A stretch of DNA of 64,000 bases, taken from assembly GCA_937863565.1 (NCBI GenBank), contig CALMGJ010000011.1:124001-188000 (forward strand), written 5' to 3'. Position numbers and translations under genes: made by a program. Shown piece after piece: positions 9,578 to 25,000 of this stretch. Under the pieces are notes generated by a model that was not told the DNA's origin, did not search any database, and saw only the letters and a list, made by a program, of their open reading frames with translations. The stretch comes from an uncultured bacterium (GTDB taxonomy: Bacteria; AUK180). How positions within the stretch are numbered: position 1 is the stretch's first letter; every line of letters starts with the position of its first letter.

Positions 9578-12043
9578 TTACTTGGATTCTCCTACGCGGA
9601 TCCCGCCTTTGGTATTTTCATAGTATCTTTGTAATAATCTCCGGAAATTGGGATAATCGGCCATATCTATTATATCCTTATCCGGTACAGCTGACCGCGG
9701 GTATTTTATGATATGCAGCGCATTAAAAATGAAATACTCTTCCATCGTCCAATTTTTTTTATTCAAAAGGCGCTCATACTCGATTTCGTCCACTGTTTTT
9801 ATGCTCCAATATTTTTTTATCAGAGCATTTTCTTTCTTGGTTAAGTATTTTCCCGCTTTTAAAAGGTATTCATCAACGCTCGCGCCCAGACGGACTTCTC
9901 CAAGATCGTCTATAAAATCAAGTCCGTAGATATCCAGCACATTACCGTATATCCTGTCATGGTTCAATGCAAAAAGCGCCGCGCGGTATTTATCTTTTCC
10001 TCTCAGAAGTTCATACATTTCCTTAAAAGCGTTTCTGTCATTATGCATGAAAAGGTAGTTTGCAAATATTCTTTTTTCCCCGCTCAGCAAGGAAAGGTCC
10101 GGAGTGTCCGGGTGAGGCCATACTTTCACCGTGAGAGGGGCGGTATCGCTCCCGTATAATGTAAAAACGGGTATCTCGAGAAATTCAAATCCGAAAAATT
10201 GATCCTTTAAAACCGTCAGCATATTTTTACTTGCAAGCGGATCTTCAAGAAATTCCGAAAGATATGAAACCGGGTTCAGGGCATTGAGTATTTCATCAGA
10301 TGTAAGTCCGGGCAGATATCTCGCCATATCCGGGAAGCCGTAATTGTCCTTTCCGTGTACGGGGTCCCGCCCCGGGAACCGGATCCTTTTTCCTTCATTT
10401 TCCTTTCTTTCCAGAAGAGCCCTGAGGAATTCCTGTTCGTATCCGCCATCTTTCGCATAACGGAGCGCTTTTTCTATTCTCCCGGTAGCCGTAAGAAAGA
10501 AGAGTATATTGGTATTGATCGCGTTCATCTTCTCTACTATTTCAAGCGCATCTTTGAATTTCCCGTTGAAAACGAGGGAAAGAAAGAGACTGTAATAGTT
10601 CGCATCGTTCTTCTCATATTCGAGAAGGCCGTAAAGTTCGCGCTCGACCGCTCTCATATCCCGCAGTGCGTAGTATTGGCCGATGAGCATTTTCCTCGTT
10701 GCAATAAGTTCGGGGACCATGTTCTTTGAGCGTATCAATATTTCCGCCGCATCTTCTGTTCTACCTTGCTCTGCGTACAAGGAGGCCCAGTAGTTTAACA
10801 TCTCCGGGAAAATATCCTCGCGAAAGGCCTTTTTCAGATATTCTTCTTTTATCCCGAAACCCTTTTTCGTCTGCGCCAGTCTGTAAAGATCGCGGCTGCG
10901 GCCAAGGAAGATATTGCGCCCGGACAATTCGCCTGTGAATTGGATCCCGATGACGGCAAAAGAGAGTGCGGCGGTCAATATGATCCCCGGGGACGGGATC
11001 CTGTATTTTATCCTTTTTAAAAATGATGGGGCGCATAAAGCCAGAATAACGGCCGCGGCCGGGTCATGGAGCGTTTGATCGTATATTCCCGTAATGAAGA
11101 AGAACATTATAACGGCCGTTTTATCATCATGGCAGAAATCACGGCCGGATATGAACAGCAAAAACAGCACCGTGAACAATGCGGCGCCGGCTATCCCCCA
11201 CTGCGCGGCGGCATTGAGAAATTCGTTATGTGCATTGTCTACGAACAATTTTCTCGCATTCTTGATACCGGCCTTTACATTATAATCCGCCAGCGCGGTC
11301 TTATATGCCGGGGCGAACCTGCCCGTGCCGAGGCCGAAAGGTTTCTTTTTGATCACCGAAAGCGTGTTCCTCATGATATGATACCGTGTATTTCCCCGGA
11401 AATTGAGTAAAATAACAAAAAGGAAAACGGCGAGAACGGAAACTGCGAAGAGTACTTTTTTCAAGACAGGCCTTTTGATCAACGAGAAGGAAAAGGCGAG
11501 CGCGAACGCCAGAAGAGCTCCCTTTGAAAGCGATGCCGCCAAAGCCAGAAGCGGAGGCACCGCATATACTTTCCTGTCTTTGAAAATAAAGTATTCTGTC
11601 AGCGCGGCAGCGCCGCAAAAGATGCCCAGCGCGTTCGGATTTCCAAGAAGGGAAAAAACTCTTTTTCCCGTCCAGTCATATGACCAAATATTGAGGTCCA
11701 CACCCAAAAACTGCAGGATGGCATATAAGGATATCATCATATACGCGATGCGCAGCGGTGTTTTCATATTTATAATCTCGATGTCGCTTTCAAGAATAAA
11801 AAGCACGGAGATCATGGCGGCAACCGTAAAAATCCCTCCGTAACTCGGTGCGGCGGCCAGGCCGATCAAACCGAAAGGAATGATGATCGCGGAAACAATC
11901 GAGATCTTTTTCACTCCGGTGGAAAGCAAGAGCGCGGCCAGTGATATTAAAAAAAGTTTCGGGGTGAGAAAGACATTTACGCAAAGCGGCAGGGCCGCAA
12001 GAAGGGAGATCGCAAGGATAATTTTAACCGTTCTCTTTAGCAT
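9578..12043 (-). CDS. O-antigen ligase/Wzy_C family membrane protein with TPR-like C-terminal extension
   Basis: RVFSLLGNPNALG, PFGLGTGRF, NAHNEFLN..GIAG; many TMs followed by a helical repeat region. Confidence 0.8.
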   Translation of the reverse strand: MLKRTVKIILAISLLAALPLCVNVFLTPKLFLISLAALLLSTGVKKISIVSAIIIPFGLIGLAAAPSYGGIFTVAAMISVLFILESDIEIINMKTPLRIAYMMISLYAILQFLGVDLNIWSYDWTGKRVFSLLGNPNALGIFCGAAALTEYFIFKDRKVYAVPPLLALAASLSKGALLAFALAFSFSLIKRPVLKKVLFAVSVLAVFLFVILLNFRGNTRYHIMRNTLSVIKKKPFGLGTGRFAPAYKTALADYNVKAGIKNARKLFVDNAHNEFLNAAAQWGIAGAALFTVLFLLFISGRDFCHDDKTAVIMFFFITGIYDQTLHDPAAAVILALCAPSFLKRIKYRIPSPGIILTAALSFAVIGIQFTGELSGRNIFLGRSRDLYRLAQTKKGFGIKEEYLKKAFREDIFPEMLNYWASLYAEQGRTEDAAEILIRSKNMVPELIATRKMLIGQYYALRDMRAVERELYGLLEYEKNDANYYSLFLSLVFNGKFKDALEIVEKMNAINTNILFFLTATGRIEKALRYAKDGGYEQEFLRALLERKENEGKRIRFPGRDPVHGKDNYGFPDMARYLPGLTSDEILNALNPVSYLSEFLEDPLASKNMLTVLKDQFFGFEFLEIPVFTLYGSDTAPLTVKVWPHPDTPDLSLLSGEKRIFANYLFMHNDRNAFKEMYELLRGKDKYRAALFALNHDRIYGNVLDIYGLDFIDDLGEVRLGASVDEYLLKAGKYLTKKENALIKKYWSIKTVDEIEYERLLNKKNWTMEEYFIFNALHIIKYPRSAVPDKDIIDMADYPNFRRLLQRYYENTKGGIRVGESK

Positions 12044-12560
12044 ATTTTATGGCGCTCTCCTTTGAATCGTAATAGATTAATATCCGCTCCCCCTTGTATT
12101 TGAACGGAGGGATTATGATCAGACAATTGCCGTCAAAGGTCCTGTTCAGTTCAAAGTATTTAAAATTAACAAGCGAATACGGGGTTCTCTTTATGCTCTT
12201 TACGTTCTTCATCTCCTTCCAGGATTCGGGAGCTCTTTTATGTTCATAAGTGAAGCGTTCAAGTTTCCTGGCAACGGAATATAAAGTCCCTTGATCTATT
12301 TTCACCAATATGCTCTGCGGTAAAAAAAACCGGCCGGGAACCGGGAATAAATACAGGATCACGAAGAGCAGAGCCGTTTTTCCGTATGATCTTCTCAGGC
12401 TCCAGACCGAAAATGGGATAAGCAGAAGGTAGTTAACGATAACTGCGGTCCGCAGGAACGCGATGCCAAGACGCGTGCAGAAGATATTCAAAACGATAGT
12501 GAGCAGGGCAAATGCTGAAAAGACCGCAACGGTAAGGAATTTATTTTCTGATCTCGACAA
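12024..12560 (-). CDS. Hypothetical membrane protein
   Basis: Three N-terminal hydrophobic helices; overlaps both neighbours in the operon. Confidence 0.65.
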   Translation of the reverse strand: MSRSENKFLTVAVFSAFALLTIVLNIFCTRLGIAFLRTAVIVNYLLLIPFSVWSLRRSYGKTALLFVILYLFPVPGRFFLPQSILVKIDQGTLYSVARKLERFTYEHKRAPESWKEMKNVKSIKRTPYSLVNFKYFELNRTFDGNCLIIIPPFKYKGERILIYYDSKESAIKYAKENG

Positions 12561-14823
12561 TGGTGACCCCGGGATTGATATTCTTTCCGTCGTTCATATC
12601 ATAGAATGTTCTTACAAGCGGGTGGGAAGTGAGGAATCTTCTTATCCCTTCTTTAAGCCTTCCCGTTCCGGTCCCATGAAGAATGCTTACCGTTTCGGCA
12701 CCGGATACATACGAGTCGTTCACTAGTTTTTCCACATCATAGACGGCTTCGTCGACCGTTTTCCCCCGGATATCTATGGAGCCGGGGGCAGGAGACGCGA
12801 CATACGGCTCCTCCCGTGCAATTTCGGGGGTCTTATCTGTTTTTTTTCTGACATCCTCTATCATTGAAGAGGGGAACTCCATCACAAAATCCCCCACTTT
12901 CAATTTGATGGTCTTTCCGGATACCTCCGTTACTTCATAAAAATTATCGGAATTAAAAAGTTTTACGCGGTCCCCCGCCGCACACTCCTCTCCGGCGGGA
13001 GCGCCGCCGACCGCCGCATCCGCAGCGGTTATGATTTTTTTTATCTTTCTTTCCTCTGATGCTTTTCTGTCCTTCTGGAACTCGGAAATGCTCTTTTTCA
13101 GTTCTTCGGCCTCTTTTTTGAGCGTAAGATATTTTTCGACATATTCGCTTTTCATTTCCCTTGCCGCCTTTTTCATACCCTCTTCATATTTGTACCGCAG
13201 CTCTGTGTATTCTTTTATCAGTGCGGTAAGCTTGCTTTTTTCGGCAAGGTTATCGGATAACAATCTGTCCGCTTCCGTTCTCAGTTTTTTATAATCGAGA
13301 TAATCCTTGTCGAGATTCGCTCTTACTGCTTCAAGGAAATCCGCCGGAAGCCCGAGTCCTTGCGCTATCTCAACGGCATAACTTTCGCCGGATACTCCGA
13401 AAGCAAGCCGGTATGTCGGTTTAAGCGTATTAACGTCGAATACCATTGATGCCGATGCGGCTTCGGGATAATGACCCGTGCGTTCCTTTATCTTGAATGA
13501 ATGCGTTGTGATGAACGCCTTCCCCCCGCCTTTTATTAACCTCTCGATAAGAGCGATCGTGAATGCGTCCGAAAGATGGGTTTCCGTTCCGCTGCCGGGT
13601 TCATCAAAAAGCGCGGCATCCGCAGAGGTGAATCCCGTAAGCGCTCTTTCCATCTTCTTTAAATGAGAAGAAAATGTAGAAAGCGATTCCTCGATGTTCT
13701 GGTCGTCCGCAATATCAATGTAAATATTCCCGTAATAGGGGATCGATGTCCCCTCGTTAGCGGGGACAGGAAGGGCGAGTTTCACCATAATGAACATGAG
13801 CCCGAGTGTTTTCAGAAGCACCGTTTTCCCGCCGGTATTGGGACCGGTAATTATAAGTATCCTGAATTCTTCGCCTTTCATATCGAAAGAGACGACGTTC
13901 TGCCGCCACTCAAGGATGGGATGGCGGCCATTCTTGATCAGTATATCCTCTCCGATGACCGGGATCGTGTAATTGTATTCGCACATGAACCCCGTGAGGG
14001 CGGACATATGTTCAAGCCTGTCTATACTTTCCGAATTATGTGTTATGCTCTCGATATTCTCCCGTACCGTATCGGTGATCCGTGTCAGGACCTTTATCGT
14101 TTCAAGTCTTATATCCTCCTGTATCGTAACCATCTCATTGGTGAGGAACACGATCTCCATCGGCTCAATGTATGTGGTTATGCCGGTTTGCGACATCGAG
14201 TGCACGATCCCGTTCACGCGGTTCTTCTGCGATGAGCTGACAGGAAGCACATATCTGCCGTCTTTGAAAGTAAAGAAATCCTCCGTGAGGAGATCATCGT
14301 TTTTGTATGCCGAAAGAAGTGCCTGGACCTTTCCGGTGATCTTTTTTTCCTGGGAAGCCTGCCGGCGGAACAGCTCCGCAAGTTCGGGCGTCGCGTCTTT
14401 TTTTATCCTGCGTTCATCGATATCGAGCGCCTTCTCGGTTTTTTTCAGGAATTCCTTGGCTTCCGTGAACGGGAACTGCTCCGCAAGGGCGAATTTCCTT
14501 ACAAATACTGCGGCTTTCTCGGCAGACCTCAGCATTAAGTACAGGTCCGCGATCTCGCTCACTTCAAGATGACTGTTCTCTGCTTTTATCCTGTCCGCAT
14601 ATAAAGCGAAATCATCACAAACGGAGAAGGCGGGTTTTTCGTCCAGATGCTCCCGCATCACCCTCAGGATGCCGTAGATGTTCTCAACATCCTTTTTATC
14701 CAGGATCTCGCTTCTTTTGATCCTTTCTTTTATCTTGACGGAACTTGTGAACCGGGAGGCTTTGTCGATTATTTTCTCGATCTCGAGTTCTCTGAAATAA
14801 TCCTTGATCGAACTTCCGGTCAT
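12541..14823 (-). CDS. mutS2: MutS2 family protein with Smr domain
   Basis: GRYVLPV, GPNTGGKT, SLSTFSSH, LFDEPGSGT; Smr DIRG..ILHGTGTG. Confidence 0.92.
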   Translation of the reverse strand: MTGSSIKDYFRELEIEKIIDKASRFTSSVKIKERIKRSEILDKKDVENIYGILRVMREHLDEKPAFSVCDDFALYADRIKAENSHLEVSEIADLYLMLRSAEKAAVFVRKFALAEQFPFTEAKEFLKKTEKALDIDERRIKKDATPELAELFRRQASQEKKITGKVQALLSAYKNDDLLTEDFFTFKDGRYVLPVSSSQKNRVNGIVHSMSQTGITTYIEPMEIVFLTNEMVTIQEDIRLETIKVLTRITDTVRENIESITHNSESIDRLEHMSALTGFMCEYNYTIPVIGEDILIKNGRHPILEWRQNVVSFDMKGEEFRILIITGPNTGGKTVLLKTLGLMFIMVKLALPVPANEGTSIPYYGNIYIDIADDQNIEESLSTFSSHLKKMERALTGFTSADAALFDEPGSGTETHLSDAFTIALIERLIKGGGKAFITTHSFKIKERTGHYPEAASASMVFDVNTLKPTYRLAFGVSGESYAVEIAQGLGLPADFLEAVRANLDKDYLDYKKLRTEADRLLSDNLAEKSKLTALIKEYTELRYKYEEGMKKAAREMKSEYVEKYLTLKKEAEELKKSISEFQKDRKASEERKIKKIITAADAAVGGAPAGEECAAGDRVKLFNSDNFYEVTEVSGKTIKLKVGDFVMEFPSSMIEDVRKKTDKTPEIAREEPYVASPAPGSIDIRGKTVDEAVYDVEKLVNDSYVSGAETVSILHGTGTGRLKEGIRRFLTSHPLVRTFYDMNDGKNINPGVTIVEIRK

Positions 14824-15599
14824 TTTATCAATTCTTTTTCTTCAAGGAATTTGATCTTTTCCTGAACTACATCCCTGTTATATTCTGCTTCGTAGAGCAT
14901 TCTGTATATCTCAAGCGCTTCTTTGTACATTTTTTTCTCAAAATATATCTCCGCTATGAGAAATTTCGCGTTCTTCTCCTGGACCGGATCGCGCGCGGCT
15001 TTTCCGTAATACTCCACTGCGGATCTCCAGTTGCCGCGGAGCTTATTGAAGTTCCCGATCATGACATATATCCGGTTCTTCTCCGTTTCGCTGATCGCGG
15101 TTTTACCGGCATATGCCAAAAACTCCTTTTCCGCATCCTCATACAGCTTGAGGGAGAGATAACACTGGTAGATCTCCTCGAGTATCTCCTCCGTATCACG
15201 CCCGGATTCTTCGTATTTGAACAGCTCCTTGTATTCGAAGATGGCGCGTTCGTAATTTTTAAATTCCCCTTTGTAGATCTCCGCGATCCCTTTTTGCGAC
15301 AGATACGCATAGGGCCCCTTGAATCCGGCGAGCACTATGGCTTTCTGATATTCTATAACGGCAAGCTCGTATCTCTGCAGGTTCATATTGTAGATATTCC
15401 CCATATTGAACCTGGACAACGCTGCATATCTGCTGCGCGGATTGCTTTCGGCTACCTTCTGGTAAAGCATGATGGCCTCTTCGAAATTATTGGCCCGCCA
15501 TGCCTTGTATGCGTTTATGTAATCTATCCTCGCCTTGACCACGCAGCCGTTCATGAAAATACAGCAGAACAGCGCGGCCAGCGCTCTATTCTTCGTCAT
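14820..15599 (-). CDS. TPR-repeat lipoprotein
   Basis: Signal peptide ending FMNGC followed by TPR units. Confidence 0.75.
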   Translation of the reverse strand: MTKNRALAALFCCIFMNGCVVKARIDYINAYKAWRANNFEEAIMLYQKVAESNPRSRYAALSRFNMGNIYNMNLQRYELAVIEYQKAIVLAGFKGPYAYLSQKGIAEIYKGEFKNYERAIFEYKELFKYEESGRDTEEILEEIYQCYLSLKLYEDAEKEFLAYAGKTAISETEKNRIYVMIGNFNKLRGNWRSAVEYYGKAARDPVQEKNAKFLIAEIYFEKKMYKEALEIYRMLYEAEYNRDVVQEKIKFLEEKELIK

Positions 15600-18012
15600 T
15601 TTCAATAAAGCTCTTTTCGAATGAGACGACCGAATCCTCTTTGTCCAGATTGATCACTCTGACGCCCTGAGTATTCCTGCCGATCTCCCTGAAATCGCTC
15701 ATGCGCATCTTGATCATGATCCCGTTCTTTGATATGACCATGACCTCATCGTCGTCCGAGACCTGTTTTACCGCCACTACGCAGCCGCTGCGATCGGAGA
15801 GCTTGATATTTATAATGCCCTTTCCTCCTCTGGACTGGACCCTGTAGCTTTCGGACGGCGTGCGCTTACCTATTCCCTTTTCGGTTACGGTGAATATCGA
15901 TTCCGTACTCGCAAGTATCGCGGCGCCCACGACATGATCATCGCCTTCAAGTCTTATCCCTATAACGCCGATGGTATTTCTTCCGATGGACCGCGCGTCG
16001 CTTTCATTGAAGGTTATGCATTTGCCGTCCTTTGTGGCCAGGAAAACCTTATCCTTGCCCGATGTGAGGCCGGCATATATCAGATCGTCCCCTTCCTCAA
16101 GGTTGACGGCGATGATGCCCGAGCTTCTCGGGTTGGAATAGAGGCTCAGATTGGATTTTTTAACGATACCTTTCTTTGTGGCCATGAATACAAAGTGTTT
16201 ATCGTCGAAATCATCGATGCAGACTATGGATTTTATCTTTTCATCCTGGGTCATCGGTAAAAGCTGCGCAATAGACCGTCCTTTGGACTGTTTCGTCCCT
16301 TCAGGGATATCATACCCCTTCAGCCAATAGCATTTTCCTATGGATGTGAAAACGAGAAGGTAAGAATGCGTGCTGGACGTAAAAATCTTTTCAACGAAAT
16401 CGTCTTCCTTCGTTTTCATTCCGGTGCTTCCGCGGCCGCCGCGCCTTTGCGTCCTTATTTCCAGCTGATTAAGCCTTTTGATATACCCTGAGTGTGTCAT
16501 CGAGATCACGATATCCTCTTTCGGGATAAGGTCTTCGGGGTCTATCTCTTCTTCGCTCGCAACGATTATCGTTCTTCTCGGTTCTGAAAAATCCTCCTTC
16601 AGGGATAGAAGTTCATTGCGTATGATGCGTTCTATCTCCCTCGGATTGGAAAGGATCATCTGGTACTGTTCTATCTCCTTATATTTCTCTTTGAGTTCCG
16701 CTTCGATATTGGACCTCTCCAGTCCGGTCAAGCGCTGCAGCTGCATTTCCAGTATGGCCTGGACCTGGATCGTGGAAAGGTTGAATTTTTCTTTCAGCCT
16801 CTCCTTGGCCGTATCCGGATTAGGCGAGGTTTTTATCAGCTCTATGATAAGTTCGATATTATCTACGGCGATCTTCAATCCTTCGAGTATATGTGCCCTT
16901 CTCTGGGCTTTGGCAAGAAGGTGTTCCGTCCTTCTTCGCACTACAAGTCTTCTATGATCAAGATACGCGCCCAGTATCTCCTTAAGATTGAACTCTTTTG
17001 GGCGTCCTTTGTCTATAGCGAGCATGATGGCGCCGAACGTTGTTCTCATCTGAGTATGTTTGTACAGAAGATTGAGCACCACTTTGGGAATGGCGTCCCT
17101 CTTCAGCTCGATCACGACCCTTATGCCGTTCTTGTTGGATTCATCCCGTATATCCGAAATACCGGTGATGATCCCGTCATCCGCACATTTCGCAATGGCT
17201 TCTATCAGATTGCTTTTATTCACCATATACGGGATCTCGGAGACGATGATCACGGCTTTTCCGCCTTTGGCCTCTTCTATGCTGGCCTTTGCCTGCATGA
17301 TGATGCGACCGCGGCCTGTTCGGTACATATCATGTATTCCGGAAATGCCCGTTACGATGGCCCCGGTTGGAAAATCGGGGCCTTTGATGAACTGGAACAG
17401 TTCGTCAACCGAGGATTCGGGATTGTCTATCACATGTACGAGCGCTTCGACGATCTCGCCGAGATTGTGGGGAGGGACGTTCGTGGCCATACCTACGGCA
17501 ATGCCGGAACTTCCGTTCAGAAGGAAATTCGGCAGAAGGGCCGGAAGCACGGTGGGTTCGAGCGTGGTCTCATCGAAATTAGGAATGAAATCGACCGTAT
17601 CCTTGTCGATATCCTCCAGCATTTTCACTGCGATCTTGGACAGCTTCGCTTCCGTATACCTGTAAGCCGCGGCGGGATCCCCGTCGATCGAGCCGAAGTT
17701 TCCCTGGCCGTGAACGAGCGGGTATCTCATCGAGAATTCCTGGGCCATGCGTACGATGGAGTCGTATACGGCACCGTCGCCGTGCGGATGGAATTTTCCG
17801 AGGACCATTCCGACTACGTTCGCGGATTTCACGAAGCGTTTATTTGGAAGGATACCCTCCCTGTGCATCACGTAGAGTATCCTTCTGTGCACCGGTTTCA
17901 GTCCGTCCCTGATGTCGGGCAGGGCGCGGCCGATGATCACGCTCATAGCATAATCGATATAAGATGATTCAACTTCCGATTTAATGCTTCTTTCTTGTAT
18001 ATTCTCGGGCAT
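15586..18012 (-). CDS. gyrA: DNA gyrase subunit A
   Basis: [26 protein letters not shown], GyrA-box QRRGGRG, pinwheel repeats. Confidence 0.98.
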   Translation of the reverse strand: MPENIQERSIKSEVESSYIDYAMSVIIGRALPDIRDGLKPVHRRILYVMHREGILPNKRFVKSANVVGMVLGKFHPHGDGAVYDSIVRMAQEFSMRYPLVHGQGNFGSIDGDPAAAYRYTEAKLSKIAVKMLEDIDKDTVDFIPNFDETTLEPTVLPALLPNFLLNGSSGIAVGMATNVPPHNLGEIVEALVHVIDNPESSVDELFQFIKGPDFPTGAIVTGISGIHDMYRTGRGRIIMQAKASIEEAKGGKAVIIVSEIPYMVNKSNLIEAIAKCADDGIITGISDIRDESNKNGIRVVIELKRDAIPKVVLNLLYKHTQMRTTFGAIMLAIDKGRPKEFNLKEILGAYLDHRRLVVRRRTEHLLAKAQRRAHILEGLKIAVDNIELIIELIKTSPNPDTAKERLKEKFNLSTIQVQAILEMQLQRLTGLERSNIEAELKEKYKEIEQYQMILSNPREIERIIRNELLSLKEDFSEPRRTIIVASEEEIDPEDLIPKEDIVISMTHSGYIKRLNQLEIRTQRRGGRGSTGMKTKEDDFVEKIFTSSTHSYLLVFTSIGKCYWLKGYDIPEGTKQSKGRSIAQLLPMTQDEKIKSIVCIDDFDDKHFVFMATKKGIVKKSNLSLYSNPRSSGIIAVNLEEGDDLIYAGLTSGKDKVFLATKDGKCITFNESDARSIGRNTIGVIGIRLEGDDHVVGAAILASTESIFTVTEKGIGKRTPSESYRVQSRGGKGIINIKLSDRSGCVVAVKQVSDDDEVMVISKNGIMIKMRMSDFREIGRNTQGVRVINLDKEDSVVSFEKSFIENDEE

Positions 18013-18020
18013 ATGCTCTC

Positions 18021-20805
<2,785 letters not shown>

Positions 20806-20809
<4 letters not shown>

Positions 20810-21936
20810 TCAAGGGGGCGGATCGGCATGATTATCGTGAAATAGTCCTTATTTTCCGGCGCGGACACCAGTATGGGTGAACGCGCGTCATTGAACGCCA
20901 TATCCACGTTCTCCTCGTCGAACCAGGAGAGCGCATCCTTAATGTAATTAATATTGAAAATGATCTTTATCGAATGCGTGTTCTTCTCAAGGGCAACGAC
21001 ATCTTTCGCCTCTCCCACTTCGGAAAGGTCGGTATATACCGTCAGGCTGTCCTTGGCGAAATTGAGGTTCGCATTATAGCTTTTCTTCTCGGCTAGGTTC
21101 GAAACGAATTTAATAGCTCTCAGAACATCGTTTTTAGGAAGCGCGATCCTGCTCATCCCGGCTTCGTCGGGAATTATCGCCGTATAATCGGGGAAGGACC
21201 CGACGATCAGCTTGCCGAGGATCTCCGTGTTCTCGTACATGAACCCGATCTTGCCTTCTTTGTCGGGGATGGCGACCGTCACGGGAGTATCGTTCTGCGG
21301 CAGCGAAGTGGAAAGGTAGTTCAAAAGCTTATCGGGAACGATGAGTTTAAGATTGTTCTTGGGAAGTTTCTGGAATGCTACGGCGGATTTTTTTATAACA
21401 AGGCGGTGGCTGTCCGTAGAGACCATGGTCATCTTCTTGTTATCTGCGTCTATCTCCCAGAGCGATCCGAGAAGGATCATATTGGAGGTGTCCTTCGAAA
21501 CGGCATAGGAGGTTTTTTTGATATCGTTCTTAAGCACTTCGGATGACAGTATGAAGGAATCCTTCGTCTCGAAAGCGGGGAACACGGGATATTCGTTCTC
21601 GGAAAGGCAAACGAAGTTCACGGATTTTCCTCCTGATTTCAGTATAACGGTCTCCGGGCCGACCTGTTCAAGGGTTATCTCATCGGTCTCGAAATCCTTG
21701 AGCGACAGATTGAGGAATTTTCCAGGAACCCCTATGGAGCCCTCTTCTATGACATTCGCCTCTATCTTCTTTTTCAAATTGATCTCATAATCCGTAGCCT
21801 GCAGCACGAGGCCTTCATCCTTGATCGCTTTGATCAAAATGAAAGATATGGCTCTGTACGTTGTGGCCGGAACGAGTATCGTGTTAAGCTCTGAAACAGC
21901 ATTGCGAAATTCATCGGTTTTGACTACGAATTTCAT
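20806..21936 (-). CDS. dnaN: DNA polymerase III beta sliding clamp
   Basis: MKF start, ATDYEI, STDSHRL, FPDY, C-terminal IIMPIR; 376 aa. Confidence 0.95.
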
Positions 21937-21954
21937 TTCATCCTCCGTTTATTT

Positions 21955-21983
21955 ATTATACCAAATATTCGCGGGAAATGCAA
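21955..21983 (-). promoter_or_regulatory. Sigma70-type promoter TTGCAT-N17-TATAAT (extended -10) for the dnaN operon
   Basis: TTGCAT, 17 nt, TGgTATAAT, then GGAGG RBS. Confidence 0.7.
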
Positions 21984-22098
21984 CTTTTCAGAGGTTCCGG
22001 AAGGCCGTTTTTTCTTGTTAATTTCCGGATCCGGGGAGGTTCTGGGATCGTTCCGGGCCGTGGTTTTGGAGATGGCCTTAAATAGGGGGATGTGGCCT

Positions 22099-25000
22099 TT
22101 AATAGATGGCTTTATTTTTTATCTCGGAATGCCTTTGCAGAATGAGGTATACATTGGGGACCAAAAAGACGGTTATGACCGTAGAAAGCAGAAGCCCGGA
22201 TATGACCGAAACGCCGAGAGGACGCCATGTTTCAGAACCCGTTCCCCTTGCAAGAACGAGCGGAAGCATGCCCAATGCGGTCGTAAGCGTTGTCATAAGT
22301 ATCGGCTTGACACGGTCCGATACGGCCTCTTCCAGAGCATCCCTGGTCTCGCGGCCCCTTTTTCTCAGAGTATTGGTATAATCGACCATAACGATAGCAT
22401 TGTTGACTACGATGCCTACAAGCATTATCATGCCTATCATGGCATTGAGCGACATCGGCGTTCCTGTGATGAAAAGACCTATGAATACGCCTGTCACGGC
22501 AAATGGCACGGAGAACATTATTATAAAAGGTCCTCTCAGAGATTCGAATTGGGCTGCCATTACAAGAAAAACGAGAAGTACGGCAAGCGCCAGTATCCGG
22601 TACAGCGACTTAAATGAATCCTTCATATCTTTTGAGGTCCCCCCTAGGCCGTAAGTGATGCCCGGCGTTCTGTCTTGCGCCGAGTTCTTTTCGAGCCAGT
22701 CGGTCACTTTGCCGAGGAATTTTGAGTTCTTCAGTATGGCGCTCACCGTTATTATCCGCTGACGGTTCTTTCTCGAGATATCGAACGGGCTTTCGAATTC
22801 CCTTATCTCCGCTATATTCTCCAACCGGACCTTTTTCCCTACCGGTGTTGATATCACGAGCGATCTCAGCGAATCAAGGTCTTCTAGTCCCTTTTTCGAA
22901 TAATTAAGGTAGATCTCGAAGACTTCGCCGCTTTGTCTGAACTCGCCCACTTTCGCGCCGTAAAGAACGGTCCGTATGGTATCCCCGAGCTGAAGAGGCG
23001 TCAATCCGAACTCGGCGGCGCGGCTTATATCGGGGATGATCCGGGCTTCCATCTTCCCCCTTTCAAAAGAGATTACCGCATTGCGCACCTCGTCCAGTTT
23101 CAATAATTCGCTTTTCCAGTATTCGGCCTTTTCTGCCATCTTTTCCAGATCGTCGCCGTATATCTCCAGTTCCGCCCCGCTGCCCCCGCTGCTCATCATC
23201 CTTGCTCCGAATCCCGAGGATGTGGAGATGGAGAAGTTCTTGTACCCCATAAGTTTTGCCGTTATGAGTTTTCTGATCTCGTTCGCAACGGTATCTATCG
23301 GCCTGCGTTTTGACGATGAGGTTGTCAGCTGGACATTCAGCTGGAATTGATTGGTGTTGATCGCGGTTCCTCTTCTTGATGTCCCGGCCGTGTAGAATAT
23401 TACTTTTTCGTCGGGTATGTTGTTCTTGATCAAGTCCTCGAGGGCCCTTGCCATGGATTCGCTTTCATTGACGTTCATGAAGGCGGGAAGGTCCATCGTG
23501 ATCTCGATCCGGCCATTGTCCTGCTCAGGTATGAATTCTTTCGGGATATATCTGAAAAGGATGAGCGAAACGCCGAATATCAAAAGAAGGACGGCGATGA
23601 GCAATCCGCCGTGTTTAAATGAAGAGCGGACCATCGCACCCGTCCTTTTCCCGAAACGCTGCCAGAAAGCGGTGATCTGCTCCTGTCTTTCATCCTTCTT
23701 TTTCCGGGAAGGGAGCAAAAGGGAGCTCAGTGCGGGAACAACGGTCAAGGAAGTGAAAAGCGATGCAAAGAGGACTATCGTTACGATAACGCCGAGCTGG
23801 GAGAAAAATACGCCCACGAAGCCCCGGACAAATGTAAGGGGGAAGAATATGGCCGCCGTTGTCATGACCGATGCGCTTACAGCTATACCTACTTCCCCGG
23901 GCGCGAACATTGCAGATTCGCGCAAGGGTTCTTTCAGTATATATCGGTGTCTGAAGATATTCTCGAACATGACTATTGCGGCATCCACGACCATACCTAC
24001 CGCGATGGCCAGTGCGCCGAGGGAGATCATGTTGATCGTATATCCGAACATCCGCATGAAGATGAATGAAATAATGAGCGAGAACGGTATTGAGGATGCT
24101 ATTATCAGGGCTCCCCTCAGATCCCACAAAAGTAAAAAGACGATTAGAACGACGAAGACCATGCAGAATATCAGCGTATATCCGAGATTTTTTAGCGTTG
24201 CTTCAACATTGCCGGCCTGATCTACCAGTACGAATACCTTTAATTTATCCGCGGACCTTTTTATCGAGTCCAGCGCAGCCGCGACCCTTTTCGCCACCGT
24301 CACCGTATTTTCGTCGGAAGCTTTCCTTATCATTATCAGGCCGCCGGGACGGCCGTTTATCATTACTTTTGATTCGACTTGGCGCATTTTTCCGAAATCT
24401 ACTTTCGCAATATCCTGAAGAAGAATGGTTTTTCCTCCGGACCTTTGGACGGGGATCTCGGCAAGTTCCAGGATGGAGGGAAATTCGCCTTCGGTTCTTA
24501 CGGTAACATATCTTTTGCCGATATCGAGGCCTGTTGCCGGCACGGATGCATTGTAGCCCGAAAGCAGCGAATGCACGTCTGAAAGGCTGAGGTTGTACTT
24601 TTCCATCTTATCGGCAGACAGTTCGATCGAAACGATCTCGTCCGCAAATCCGCTAAGATTCACGGCACCCACGCCGCGCACCTTCATCAGTTTATCCACT
24701 ACATTCCTTTCTATGTATTTCTGAGGGAATTCTACGCCCGGTTCCACTTCGATACCGATGAACATGATAGGCGCCATCGAAGCATTGTATTTCCGTAGCA
24801 CAGGTTTTTCGGCATCTTCCGGAAGATAGTAATTTGCAAAATCAAGACGGCCCCTGATGTCGTCCGCCGCTTCGTTAAGGTCATAGCCCCAGTCAAATGA
24901 GAGCCTGATCGTCGAAAGCCCCTCCATAGAAACGGAGTTTATGTCCTTGAGCCCGTTCACCGTGGAAAGGTTCTTTTCAAGAGGTTCGCTGATCTTCTTT

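Noticed and set aside
21937-22098. oriC upstream of dnaN
   Set aside because: No DnaA boxes or trio run; only a promoter.
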